Shown: positions 41,024-49,987, numbered from the stretch's first letter. The stretch: 64,000 bases of DNA from Vicinamibacterales bacterium (GCA_036381155.1 DASVDJ010000035.1:73755-137754); one strand, 5' to 3'. Numbers and translations are program-made. Notes: generated by a model not told the origin, from the letters alone.

Positions 41024-41808
41024 GACGGGTCCTCCTGCGTGGCGACGAACAGGTTCCGGCCGACGCGGCCGTCGGAGACCCGGACCCACAGCCACGGATC
41101 GATGCGGGCCTGGCTCACGACCGCACCCGGCAGCGCTGATGCCGCCTCGGCGATGCGCGGGCCGGCGGCCTCGCGCGAGACGACACACTCATCGGCGCCG
41201 GCCTCGGTCGCCAGGGCGGCGTACTCGTCGACGAGCTCCGGCAGCACCTCGTCGGGTACCAGGAACACGTCGGCATGCCAGCCGGTCAGCTCGCGCAGCG
41301 CGCCGACGGCCAGCCGCGGCACGGGGGCGGCGCAGGCGACCTTCATCGCGCGCCGCTCCTGATCCACCGCGAACGGCACCAGCCCCAGCGCCTGCACGGC
41401 GTGCGCGCCCAGCTCGGGACAGAGCCGCACGGCGCTGCGATCGAGCGTGGTGAGACACGGCACGCCGGCCTGTGCCGCGAGCGCCTTGACGACGGCGGCC
41501 GGATCGGTCGCGCCGCGGGCCACGAGTTCCGCGCCGAGACGCCGCCCGGTGGACTGCTGCGCGGCGAGCGCCTCACGCAGCTGCACCGGCGTGACGGCGC
41601 CGTGATGCACCAGCAGCAGCCCGACCTTCAATCGCGGCAGCGCGCGGCTCCGCACCTGCTCCAGTGCGGCCGCCCGCGCCACGTCGTCGCTGGCCTGCCG
41701 GCCGGCGCACTCGGCGGAGCAGTACCAGTCGCCGTTCATCACGAGGCCGCCGCGCGCCAGCAGACCGGGCCGCCAGCGCCCGCAGTCAGCCCAGCTGCAC
41801 CGCGGCAT
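40996..41808 (-). CDS. Stand-alone MshEN (T2SSE_N)-like domain protein with N-terminal Cys4 motif; putative c-di-GMP receptor
   Basis: 270 aa. Residues 61-113 read KVGLLLVHHGAVTPVQLREALAAQ-QSTGR-RLGAELVARGATDPAAVVKALAAQ, which is two 24-residue MshEN-type motifs with a 5-residue spacer. Cys4, 9, 30 and 34 form the N-terminal motif. There is no ATPase domain. Confidence 0.7.
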   Translation of the reverse strand: MPRCSWADCGRWRPGLLARGGLVMNGDWYCSAECAGRQASDDVARAAALEQVRSRALPRLKVGLLLVHHGAVTPVQLREALAAQQSTGRRLGAELVARGATDPAAVVKALAAQAGVPCLTTLDRSAVRLCPELGAHAVQALGLVPFAVDQERRAMKVACAAPVPRLAVGALRELTGWHADVFLVPDEVLPELVDEYAALATEAGADECVVSREAAGPRIAEAASALPGAVVSQARIDPWLWVRVSDGRVGRNLFVATQEDPSWQAVLTSH

Positions 41809-42286
41809 CGCTGCTCCCGTTCGTCTTGATCGCCTTGATCGTCCGGCGCACCTTGTGCCCGTTCACGGCCGGCGTCTTCTTCGCGGCCTTGCGCGCGGGC
41901 TGGCGCGTCTTCCCGTCGTTGGCGACATGGAGACGCAGACGCACCTCGCCTTCGGCCATCTCCTCGGCCGCGGCGATCTCGGCGACCGACTTGCCCTTCT
42001 GTGCGGCGCGCGCCACGCGGCGGGTGCGCGCCGCCGACGCGGCGCGTGCCACGGCCGGCGACGGCGCGGGCACCCGCGTCATCTCCGCGGCGACGGCCCG
42101 GAACGCGGACTCGGTCGTGTCCGTGAGCAGCGTGAGCGCGTCGCTCATCTTGTCGAGGCGTGATTCGAGCGCGCCCACCCGCGTCAGCGCCCGCGTGGCG
42201 CGCAGCAGCAGCGCCCCCTGCACCAGTACGAGCACCGTCGCGGCCAGTCCCACCATCCAGGTCGTCGTCACCATGTCCATCTGCAT
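41786..42286 (-). CDS. Membrane-anchored hypothetical protein (DUF2802-like)
   Basis: 166 aa from ATG 42286 (ATGA overlap with the fliY stop). One N-terminal TM helix, a coiled segment and a C-terminal KGKSVAEIAAAEEMAEGEVRLRL HTH-like motif. Confidence 0.55.
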   Translation of the reverse strand: MQMDMVTTTWMVGLAATVLVLVQGALLLRATRALTRVGALESRLDKMSDALTLLTDTTESAFRAVAAEMTRVPAPSPAVARAASAARTRRVARAAQKGKSVAEIAAAEEMAEGEVRLRLHVANDGKTRQPARKAAKKTPAVNGHKVRRTIKAIKTNGSSDAAVQLG

Positions 42287-43071
42287 CACGCTCCCAGCGA
42301 TCGAATGCGATCGGCGGTGCTGACCACTTCCGTCACGCGCACGCCGTAGTTGCCGTCCACCACCACCACCTCACCGCGCGCCACGACCTTGCCGCTCACG
42401 AGCACCTCGACGGGCTCGTCGAGCGAGCGATGCAGGTCGATGACGGCGCCCGGCGCCAGGCGCGACAGCGCCTGGACCGTGAGCTGCGTCTGCCCGAAGC
42501 GGACCGACAGCGGGAGGTCCAGATCGAGCAGCAGATCGAGATTCACGCCGCCGGCCGGCTGCGCCGTTCCCTCCGCGCGCCCGTTCGCCGCCGGCGCTTC
42601 CGCGCCGGCGCTCTCCTCCGAGAGCTCGCCGCCGAGGACGATGGCCGCGTCGCTGCCGCCCGGCAGCGTGAAGCGCCAGGCGCGCACGCCGGTCGACTCC
42701 GGTGCGGCGCGCCAGACGTCCTCGATGACCACCGTCACCCCGGCAGTCCGGTCGTTCTGCGCGAGCGCGCCGATCGCCTGCTGGCAGATCTCGCGCACGG
42801 TGTCGAGCACCGCGTCGTCGGCCGGCACGCTGTCCTCCTCGAGGCCGAGAACCAGGCGGGACACGCGCCGGCCATCCTCCTCCGTCAGCCCGACCCGCGC
42901 CCGGCCGGACAGCGCGCCGGCCACGCGAAGCGCGGCCGTCCAGACCGGCTGTGGCACGACGGTCTGCGGGACCACCTCGGTCGACTCGCCGAGCAGCGAG
43001 ACCACCGCGTTGGCGACCTCGCGCGCAATCGCCTCGAACAGCTGCTCCTGGGTCACTCCGGCGCCGCTCAT
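42286..43071 (-). CDS. fliY: Flagellar switch protein FliY/FliN-type (CheC-like N-terminal part + SpoA domain)
   Basis: 261 aa. The C-terminus LDLPLSVRFGQTQLTVQALSRLAPGAVIDL...VLVSGKVVARGEVVVVDGNYGVRVTEV is a SpoA/FliN domain. The N-terminus has one E-x2-N motif (AREVANAVVSLLG). Confidence 0.8.
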   Translation of the reverse strand: MSGAGVTQEQLFEAIAREVANAVVSLLGESTEVVPQTVVPQPVWTAALRVAGALSGRARVGLTEEDGRRVSRLVLGLEEDSVPADDAVLDTVREICQQAIGALAQNDRTAGVTVVIEDVWRAAPESTGVRAWRFTLPGGSDAAIVLGGELSEESAGAEAPAANGRAEGTAQPAGGVNLDLLLDLDLPLSVRFGQTQLTVQALSRLAPGAVIDLHRSLDEPVEVLVSGKVVARGEVVVVDGNYGVRVTEVVSTADRIRSLGA

Positions 43072-44054
43072 GCCACCTCCTCCAGCGCCGCCGGCTCCTC
43101 GACGGGCTCGATTTCGATCGCGGCGGAGTGCGCCAGCCTGGTGAGCCGGCCGGTGAACTTGGGCAGGCCGCCGACCTTGACATCGAGCGGCTTCGCGACG
43201 GATCGATCGAGCGCGATGACGTCGCCAGGCGCGAGCTGCAGCAGGTCACGCGCCGTCAGAGTGGCGTCGAGCGTCGCCGCGACCGGGAGCGGAATGCGAC
43301 CGATGTTCTCGAACAGCCGCGCGCGGTCCTGCTCGGTCTGATCGCGGCGGGTCCGCTGCCAGCCCTGCGAGAACGACGCGCCCAGCGACTCGATGACCGA
43401 GGCGGGCAGTGCGAGGTTCAGCATTCCCCGCGCCTCGCCCACCCGGATGGCGAAGACCAGCAGGATGAAGATCTCGTTCGGCGCCGAGACCTGCACCATC
43501 TGCGGCCGGGTCTCGCGCGCGTGGATGACGAACTTCAGCCCGCCCACCGGCTTCCAGAGCTCGGTCAGGTTCTCGAGGAGCAGCCGCACGACCGCGTCGA
43601 TGACGTTCTGCTCGATCTCGGTCAGGCCGCGCGCGGGCATCGTCGTCGAGCCGTTGCCGCCGAGCATCCGGTCGATCATCGTGAAGGCGACCGACGGGCT
43701 GAGCTCGAGCGCGCCCAGCGCGTCGAACGGCGGAAGCGCAATCGCGTAGAACGCGGTCGGGTCGGGGAGCGACATCAGGAACTCGGAGTAGTTGAACTGC
43801 TCCACCGAGACGATGGTGACGTCGGTGACCGCGCGCAGGTACGCCGAGAGCGACTGCGCCATGTTGCGGGCGAACCGGTCGTGCATGAAGTGCATCGACC
43901 GGATCTGGTCCTTCGAAACGCGATCGGGGCGGCGGAAGTTGTACGTGATGTACGGCTTCGACGGCGCCGGCTCGTCGTCGGCCTCGAGCGCCTCGAGCGC
44001 CGCGGCCGAGCCGAGCAGCGCGTCGATTTCCTGCTGGGAGAGGATCTTGCCCAT
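43068..44054 (-). CDS. fliM: Flagellar switch protein FliM
   Basis: 328 aa from ATG 44054. The N-terminal CheY-P docking motif LSQQEIDALL, YNFRRPDRVSKDQ and a C-terminal SpoA-like domain. Confidence 0.92.
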   Translation of the reverse strand: MGKILSQQEIDALLGSAAALEALEADDEPAPSKPYITYNFRRPDRVSKDQIRSMHFMHDRFARNMAQSLSAYLRAVTDVTIVSVEQFNYSEFLMSLPDPTAFYAIALPPFDALGALELSPSVAFTMIDRMLGGNGSTTMPARGLTEIEQNVIDAVVRLLLENLTELWKPVGGLKFVIHARETRPQMVQVSAPNEIFILLVFAIRVGEARGMLNLALPASVIESLGASFSQGWQRTRRDQTEQDRARLFENIGRIPLPVAATLDATLTARDLLQLAPGDVIALDRSVAKPLDVKVGGLPKFTGRLTRLAHSAAIEIEPVEEPAALEEVA

Positions 44055-44800
44055 CAGCCCTTCACCGGGAGGTTGAGCGAGGCGCGGAGGCTCACGCGCA
44101 GCCGCGACAGCGCCAGCGACCGGAGCTGCGAGACACGCGACTCGCACACGCCGATCACCGCGCCGATCTCGGCCATCGTCAGTTCTTCCTCGTAGTAGAG
44201 CGCCAGGATCTGCCGTTCGCGCTCCGGCAGCTCCGCGATTGCGCGCGCGAGGTGCTCACGCAGCTCGGAACGCTCGAGCCTGACGTCCGGTCCCTCCTCG
44301 GGGTCGATGCACAGCTCGAGGATGGACATGCCGTCCTGGTTGGGCGCCTCGAGCTGGCGCAGCGCGCCGAGCTCGAGCGACCGCACCTGCTCCAGCGCGC
44401 GCTCGTACTCGGTCTCCGACAGGCTCATCGCGTCGGCGATCTCGGCGTCCGTCGGCTCGCGGCCGAGATCGTGGCGCAGGCGCGCGATGGCCGTGTCGAG
44501 ATCGCGCCGCAGCTTCCGCAGCGACCGGGGGGCCCAGTCGAGATCCCGCAGCGCGTCGAGCATCGCCCCCTGGACGCGGCGCCGCGCGAACGCGTCGAAC
44601 GGCACGCCGGTGGACGGCCGGTAGCGCGTGGCGGCATCCATGAGGCCCAGGATGCCGACGCTGATCAGATCCGTGACCTCGACCTGCGACGGAAGGCGCT
44701 GGACGAGGCGCTGCGCAAGCGCCTTGACCAGCCCCACGTGCTCGAGCACGAGCTGATCGCGATCCATGACCGGCTCGGCGGTCTTCGCGGCTACGCGCAC
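44054..44800 (-). CDS. fliA: Flagellar sigma factor FliA (sigma-28)
   Basis: Sigma-70 regions 2, 3 and 4 are present (DLISVGILGLMDAATRY, LYYEEELTMAEIGAVIGVCESRVSQL). The GTG at 44800 has GGAGG 4 nt upstream. An alternative ATG lies at 44767. Confidence 0.9.
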   Translation of the reverse strand: MRVAAKTAEPVMDRDQLVLEHVGLVKALAQRLVQRLPSQVEVTDLISVGILGLMDAATRYRPSTGVPFDAFARRRVQGAMLDALRDLDWAPRSLRKLRRDLDTAIARLRHDLGREPTDAEIADAMSLSETEYERALEQVRSLELGALRQLEAPNQDGMSILELCIDPEEGPDVRLERSELREHLARAIAELPERERQILALYYEEELTMAEIGAVIGVCESRVSQLRSLALSRLRVSLRASLNLPVKG

Positions 44801-45822
44801 GGGACCTCCGCAGGATGCGAGTCGGCGGTCACCGGCTCGCCGAGAACGGCGGCGGCCAGCAGCCGCCCGGTTGCCCGCCGCAGGTCTTCCGGCACCATCT
44901 GCCCGCATCCGATCCAGGACACGGGCAGCGCGCGGGCGCGGAGCACCGCGATGACCGCGGCGGCCGATTCGGTTTCGTCGACCTTGGAGAGCACGACGCG
45001 GCGGAACGCGGCGGGCGCATACCGATCGAGGACGCGCTCGGCGTCGCGCGTGCTCAGACCCGCCGGCAGCACGAGGTGCGTCCGGACGCCGGGACGGCCG
45101 CTTAGCGCGTCGAACAGATCGCGGATGCCGCGGTCGGCCGGCGAGCGGCCCGCGGTGTCGACCAGCATCGGGCGGCCCGCCGTGCCCACCGCGCGTTCCA
45201 GGTCGAGCGCGGTGCGGGCGACGACGAACGGGAGGCCGAGAATCTCGGCGTAGAGCCGGAGCTGTTCGACCGCGCCGACGCGGTACCCGTCCGCCGCGAC
45301 GAGCGTCGGCCGGGCGTGCCCGCGCGCGCGCGCCTGTGCGGCGATCTTGGCGATGGTCGTGGTCTTCCCCGCGCCCGGCGGGCCGACGAACACTTCGACG
45401 GGCGCGGCCGGCTCCGGACCCGCCACGAGCGGCTCCAGCCGGCGCGCCAGCGTCTCCGCGATCACGCGCGCCGACGGGTCGCGTCGCGACGCCGGCGGCA
45501 ACGCGGCCGCGACCTCGGTCGCCAGACCGCGATCGACCCCGGCGGCGACGAGGCGCGCGACGACGGTGTCGCCACCCGTCCGTTCGGCGCGATCGACGAC
45601 AGGCGCCACAGGTGTCGTGACCGGCGTCTCCTCGGGTCGGCTTTCCGACAGCCTGGCCGCCCGGGCGGCCGTGACTTCGACCTCACGCCGTCCGGTGATC
45701 CGGCGCCATCCGCGCATCGGAACCATCAGCGTGGACAGCACGAGCGCGTCGGGGCCGAGCGTCTCGCGCGCTTCGGCGAGCGCTTCACGAACGGTAGGCT
45801 TGCGGAATCGCTGCACCTGCAT
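44791..45822 (-). CDS. flhF: Flagellar biosynthesis GTPase FlhF
   Basis: 343 aa. SRP-type GTPase motifs: GPPGAGKTTTIAKIAA, LVDTAGRS, SKVDET. Confidence 0.88.
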   Translation of the reverse strand: MQVQRFRKPTVREALAEARETLGPDALVLSTLMVPMRGWRRITGRREVEVTAARAARLSESRPEETPVTTPVAPVVDRAERTGGDTVVARLVAAGVDRGLATEVAAALPPASRRDPSARVIAETLARRLEPLVAGPEPAAPVEVFVGPPGAGKTTTIAKIAAQARARGHARPTLVAADGYRVGAVEQLRLYAEILGLPFVVARTALDLERAVGTAGRPMLVDTAGRSPADRGIRDLFDALSGRPGVRTHLVLPAGLSTRDAERVLDRYAPAAFRRVVLSKVDETESAAAVIAVLRARALPVSWIGCGQMVPEDLRRATGRLLAAAVLGEPVTADSHPAEVPCA

Positions 45823-45823
45823 G

Positions 45824-47872
45824 TCAATCGATGACGGCCACCGGCGTGAGCTTCACGTGTGGCGGCACTTCGTTGTGCGACAGCACGCCGATGTGCGGCA
45901 GCACGCGCGAGAACAGACGCCAGAGATGCGGCCGGAGCGTCGGCGAGCAGAGAAGCACAGGCTGTGCCACTGCGCCTTCGATCGCGCGCGCGATGCGGGC
46001 CGCGAGATTCTGTGCATCCGAGGGATCGAGCGCCAGCACCGTCCCCTGATCGGTCCGCACGATCGCGGAGACGAGCCGCTGCTCCAGCGCGGGCGCGAGT
46101 CCGATCGCCGGCAGCTCGCCGTTGTCGCTCTGGTACTGGCGGCAGATCGCACGGCCCAGCGCCGCGCGCACGGCCTCGGTGAGCGCGTCGGGGTCGCGGC
46201 TCTGGCCCGCCGCATCCGCCAGCGCTTCGAGAATCGAGGTCAGGTCCTTCACCGGCACGCGCTCGCGCAGCAGCTGCCGCAGGACGCGCTGCACCTCGCC
46301 GAGGCTCAGCACCTTCGGCACGAGGTCCTCGACCAGCTTCGGCGCGATCGCCGCCACGCGATCGACCATCTCCTTCGTCTGCTGCCGGGACAGCAGGTCC
46401 GGCAGGAACGTGCGGATCACCTCCGAGAGATGCGTCGACAGCGCGGTCGTCGGATCCACGACCGTGTAGCCGGCGCTGGCCGCGCGGTCGCGCTGGTCGG
46501 CGGCAATCCACCAGGCCGGCAGCCCGAACGCCGGCTCGCGCGTCGCCGTGCCGTCGATCGATCCGGAGGCCGTGCCGGGATTGATGGCGAGCAGGCGTTC
46601 CGGGTACAGCTCGCCGCGCGCGACCTCGACCCCCTTGAGCAGAATCGTGTAGGTGCGCGGCGGCAGCTGCAGGTTGTCCGCGACGTGCACCGGCGGCACC
46701 ACGATGCCCGTGTCGGCCGCAATCTGCTTGCGGATGGAGCGCACGCGGGACAGCAGCGTGCCTCCCTGCCGCTCGTCGACGAGCGCGATGAGCGCGTAGC
46801 CGACCTCCACGCTGAGCGGGTCGACGGTCATCGCGGCTTCGAAGGGATCGGTCTGCGTCGCGGCCGGCGTCGCGGCGGCCGCAGCCTCCCGATCGGAGCG
46901 GGCCGCGCGGGTCTGCGACCAGGCAAAGGCGCCGAGTCCCAGTCCCACCGCGATGAACGGCAGCTTCGGCAGCCCCGGCACCAGCGCCAGCGCGCCGAGC
47001 ACGCCGCAGGCAATGGCCAGGCTGCGCGGCTGGGCGAACAGCTGCCCCGCCATCTCCTCGCCGAGGTTCGTCTCCGACGCGGCGCGCGTCATGATGAGCG
47101 CGCCAGACATCGAGACGAGCAGCGCCGGGATCGCGGTGACCAGCCCCTCGCCGATGGTGAGGATGGTGTAGGTCGTCGCGGCGGTCGCGACGTCCATGTC
47201 GTGCATCAGCACGCCGATCACGAAGCCCGCGACGATGTTGACGCCGGTGATGATCAGCGCGGCGACGGCGTCGCGCTGGGTGAAGCGGATGGCGCCGTCC
47301 ATCGCGCCGTAGAAGTCCGCCTCGCGCCGGATGCGGGCCCGCCGCTCGCGCGCCTCCTTGTCGTCGATGAGCCCGGCGTTCAGGTCGGCGTCGATGGCCA
47401 TCTGCTTGCCCGGCATCGCGTCGAGCGTGAACCGTGCGGTGACTTCCGAGATGCGCACGGCGCCGTGGTTGATGACGACGTACTGGATGGCGATGAGGAC
47501 GAGGAACACGACGATGCCGACGACGTAGTTGCCGCCGACGACGAACTGGCCGAAGGCCATGATCACGTGCCCGGCCGCGTCGATCCCCTCGCCGCCATTG
47601 AGCAGCACGAGCCGCGTGGAGGCGACGTTCAACGCCAGCCTGAACATCGTGAGGACCAGCAGCAGCGACGGGAACACCGAGAACTCGATCGGCTCGCGCA
47701 CGTAGACCGCGGTGAGCAGCAGCACCACCGCCAGGCCGATGTCCACCGACAGGAGGACGTCGAGCAGCAGCGGCGGCAGCGGCAGCACCATCAGCAGGAC
47801 CACCGAGATCGCGGCGGCCGGCGCGAGCAGGTGCGAGGAACGGGGCAGCGGAACGGCGTGGCTGGTGGCCAT
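45824..47872 (-). CDS. flhA: Flagellar export gate protein FlhA
   Basis: 682 aa. FPSLLLVLTMFRLALNVASTRLVL, the FHIPEP region and the cytoplasmic domain are present. Confidence 0.95.
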   Translation of the reverse strand: MATSHAVPLPRSSHLLAPAAAISVVLLMVLPLPPLLLDVLLSVDIGLAVVLLLTAVYVREPIEFSVFPSLLLVLTMFRLALNVASTRLVLLNGGEGIDAAGHVIMAFGQFVVGGNYVVGIVVFLVLIAIQYVVINHGAVRISEVTARFTLDAMPGKQMAIDADLNAGLIDDKEARERRARIRREADFYGAMDGAIRFTQRDAVAALIITGVNIVAGFVIGVLMHDMDVATAATTYTILTIGEGLVTAIPALLVSMSGALIMTRAASETNLGEEMAGQLFAQPRSLAIACGVLGALALVPGLPKLPFIAVGLGLGAFAWSQTRAARSDREAAAAATPAATQTDPFEAAMTVDPLSVEVGYALIALVDERQGGTLLSRVRSIRKQIAADTGIVVPPVHVADNLQLPPRTYTILLKGVEVARGELYPERLLAINPGTASGSIDGTATREPAFGLPAWWIAADQRDRAASAGYTVVDPTTALSTHLSEVIRTFLPDLLSRQQTKEMVDRVAAIAPKLVEDLVPKVLSLGEVQRVLRQLLRERVPVKDLTSILEALADAAGQSRDPDALTEAVRAALGRAICRQYQSDNGELPAIGLAPALEQRLVSAIVRTDQGTVLALDPSDAQNLAARIARAIEGAVAQPVLLCSPTLRPHLWRLFSRVLPHIGVLSHNEVPPHVKLTPVAVID

Positions 47873-47879
47873 GAGCGGA

Positions 47880-48950
47880 TCAGTGCAGCGTCAGTTGGCG
47901 GAGCCGGATGAGATGCGCGAGCACCTCGGCCACGGCTTCGAACAGGTTCGCGGGGATCGCCTGGCCGACCTCCACGTGCTTGTAGAGGGCCTGCGCCAGC
48001 GGGACGTTCTCCACCATCGGCACGCCGTGCTCGCGTGCGATGGCCTTGATGCGCTGCGCCAGGTGCCCCTGGCCCTTGGCGACCACGACCGGGGCGCTCA
48101 TGCGCGAGCGCTCGTACTGGAGCGCGACGGCGTAGTGGGTCGGGTTGGTGACGACGACCGTGGCCTTCGGCACCGCCGCCATCATGCGGCGGCGGACCGT
48201 CTCGACCATGACGCGGCGAATCCGGTTCTTGATCTCCGGACTCCCCTCCGTCATCTTCAGGTCGTCCTTCACCTCCTGCTTCGTCATCTTCAGGCCGTCC
48301 AGCCAGAGATGCTTCTGCCAGAAGTAGTCCGCCGTGCCGAGCACCGCGAACAGGATGGTGATCTTCACGGCCACGCCGCGCACTTCGCCCCACATGAAGG
48401 CGAACGCGCCGACCGGCGTCATCCGCGTGAGGTGCGGGCCGGCCTCGACGGCCCGCTCGATGAACGGATAGGCGAGGTAGACGACGATCGCGACCACCGC
48501 GAGCGCCTTCAGCGCCTGCACGCCACCGCGCTTGAGCCCGAGGCGCTTCAGCCCCTCGATCGGATTCAGGCGGGTCAACTTCGGCTGCAGCGCCTCGCTG
48601 GCCACGTTCCAGCCCCCCTGGGCCACCTGCGCCGCGACGACGGCCGCTGCCGCGGCGAGCGCCACGGGTCCGACGACCAACCCCAGCGTCGCGGCGTTGC
48701 GGACGGCAATCGACGTGACCTCTCCCGCCGTCGGGTCGTGGCCCGCAGCGGCACCGACGTCGGCAAGCCCGCGCGCGAGCGCGGAGGCCAGTCTCGTGAA
48801 GCCGTAAACGCCGGCGACACTCAGCGCCAGCACGGCTCCCGCCAGACCTGCCGCGTGTCCGAGATCCTGGCTGCGCGCGATCTGGCCGCGGCGGCGTGCC
48901 TCCTGGAGGCGCCGCGCTGTGGGACGTTCGGTGCGGTCCTGGCCGGCCAT
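47880..48950 (-). CDS. flhB: Flagellar export switch protein FlhB
   Basis: 356 aa. RTERPTARRLQEARRRGQIARSQD and the NPTH autocleavage motif (VVVTNPTHYAVAL). Confidence 0.93.
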   Translation of the reverse strand: MAGQDRTERPTARRLQEARRRGQIARSQDLGHAAGLAGAVLALSVAGVYGFTRLASALARGLADVGAAAGHDPTAGEVTSIAVRNAATLGLVVGPVALAAAAAVVAAQVAQGGWNVASEALQPKLTRLNPIEGLKRLGLKRGGVQALKALAVVAIVVYLAYPFIERAVEAGPHLTRMTPVGAFAFMWGEVRGVAVKITILFAVLGTADYFWQKHLWLDGLKMTKQEVKDDLKMTEGSPEIKNRIRRVMVETVRRRMMAAVPKATVVVTNPTHYAVALQYERSRMSAPVVVAKGQGHLAQRIKAIAREHGVPMVENVPLAQALYKHVEVGQAIPANLFEAVAEVLAHLIRLRQLTLH

Positions 48951-48952
48951 GA

Positions 48953-49711
48953 CTAGCGGAACGCTCCCGCGAGATGCGAGCCCAGCTCCATCGCCCAGTC
49001 CGATGTGCGGACGATCAGGCCCGGCACGACCTGCACTCCCGCCGCCAGCGTGACGAGGCCGACCAGCAGGCGGAGCGGCGCGCCGATCACCATGAGGTTC
49101 AGCGACGGCGCCGCCCGGGTCATCAGGCCGAGGACGAACTCCACCAGCAGCAGCACCAGCACGACCGGCACGGCCAGCTGCATCCCGACGGTGACGATGA
49201 GCCCGAACGTCCGCGCAACGGATTCGGCCAGCGATCCGTCCGCCCGCGCGAACGCCGCCACGGGCACCGCCTCGTAGCTCGCCAGGAGGAGCCGGATCAG
49301 CGCGTGGTGCACGTTCGCGCCGAGCAGCGCCAGCAGCGCGAGCATCCCGTAGAGGACCGCCAGCACGTTGTTGCGGACGCCGCTCTGCGGGTCGACGATG
49401 CCGGCGTAGGCGAATCCGAGCTGAAAGCCGGCGAGATAGCCGCCGAGCTCCGCCGCGCCGATCACGATCCGGATGCTGAACCCGATGGCGATGCCGACGA
49501 GCGCCTCGTGGACGACCACGAGCGCCAGCGAGGCGGGCGTCACAATCTCCGGCAGCCGCACGAGCGGCAGCAGCAGCACGGCGAAGATGGCCGTCAGACC
49601 GGCCTTGACGGTGGGCGGCGCCCAGGTGCTGCCGAAGATGGGCGCCGTCGCCACCATCATCCCCACCCGCACGAGCAGGACCCCGAACACCACCAGCGCG
49701 CTGAAGTCCAT
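48953..49711 (-). CDS. fliR: Flagellar export gate protein FliR
   Basis: 252 aa polytopic membrane protein in the conserved fliPQR order. Confidence 0.9.
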   Translation of the reverse strand: MDFSALVVFGVLLVRVGMMVATAPIFGSTWAPPTVKAGLTAIFAVLLLPLVRLPEIVTPASLALVVVHEALVGIAIGFSIRIVIGAAELGGYLAGFQLGFAYAGIVDPQSGVRNNVLAVLYGMLALLALLGANVHHALIRLLLASYEAVPVAAFARADGSLAESVARTFGLIVTVGMQLAVPVVLVLLLVEFVLGLMTRAAPSLNLMVIGAPLRLLVGLVTLAAGVQVVPGLIVRTSDWAMELGSHLAGAFR

Positions 49712-49980
49712 CAGCGCACGAACTCCGGCAGCCGGCCGATCAGATCCGAGGCGAACCCGGTCATCAGCCGGAGCATCCAGGGGAACGTCAGCGCGAAGAC
49801 GACGAAGATCGCCGCCGCGCGCGGGATGAACCCGAGCACGTGGTCCTGGATGGAGGTCACCGTCTGGAAGATGCTGACCAGGACGCCCGCCAGCAGGCCG
49901 GCGGCGAGCATCGGCAGGCTGACGATGACCGCGACCTCGATGCCCTGACGGAGCACACCGACGGCGAGCGCTTCGGACAT
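49711..49980 (-). CDS. fliQ: Flagellar export gate protein FliQ
   Basis: 89 aa. SLPMLAAGLLAGVLVSIFQTVTSIQDHVLGFIPR is the FliQ pattern. Confidence 0.9.
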   Translation of the reverse strand: MSEALAVGVLRQGIEVAVIVSLPMLAAGLLAGVLVSIFQTVTSIQDHVLGFIPRAAAIFVVFALTFPWMLRLMTGFASDLIGRLPEFVR

Positions 49981-49987
49981 GACACCC

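Noticed and set aside
45347-47911. An 854-aa plus-strand ORF opposite flhA. Similar long ORFs lie at 13077-15434 (+), 8714-10567 (+), 55173-57404 (+), 28746-30467 (-), 31329-32552 (+) and 42951-44195 (+).
   Set aside because: All lie antisense to genes with unmistakable family motifs (flhA, HD-GYP/CapD, cheA, fliK/flgE, fliD, GNAT, fliM), and their translations are Arg/Gly/Asp/His-rich nonsense. They are treated as high-GC shadow ORFs.
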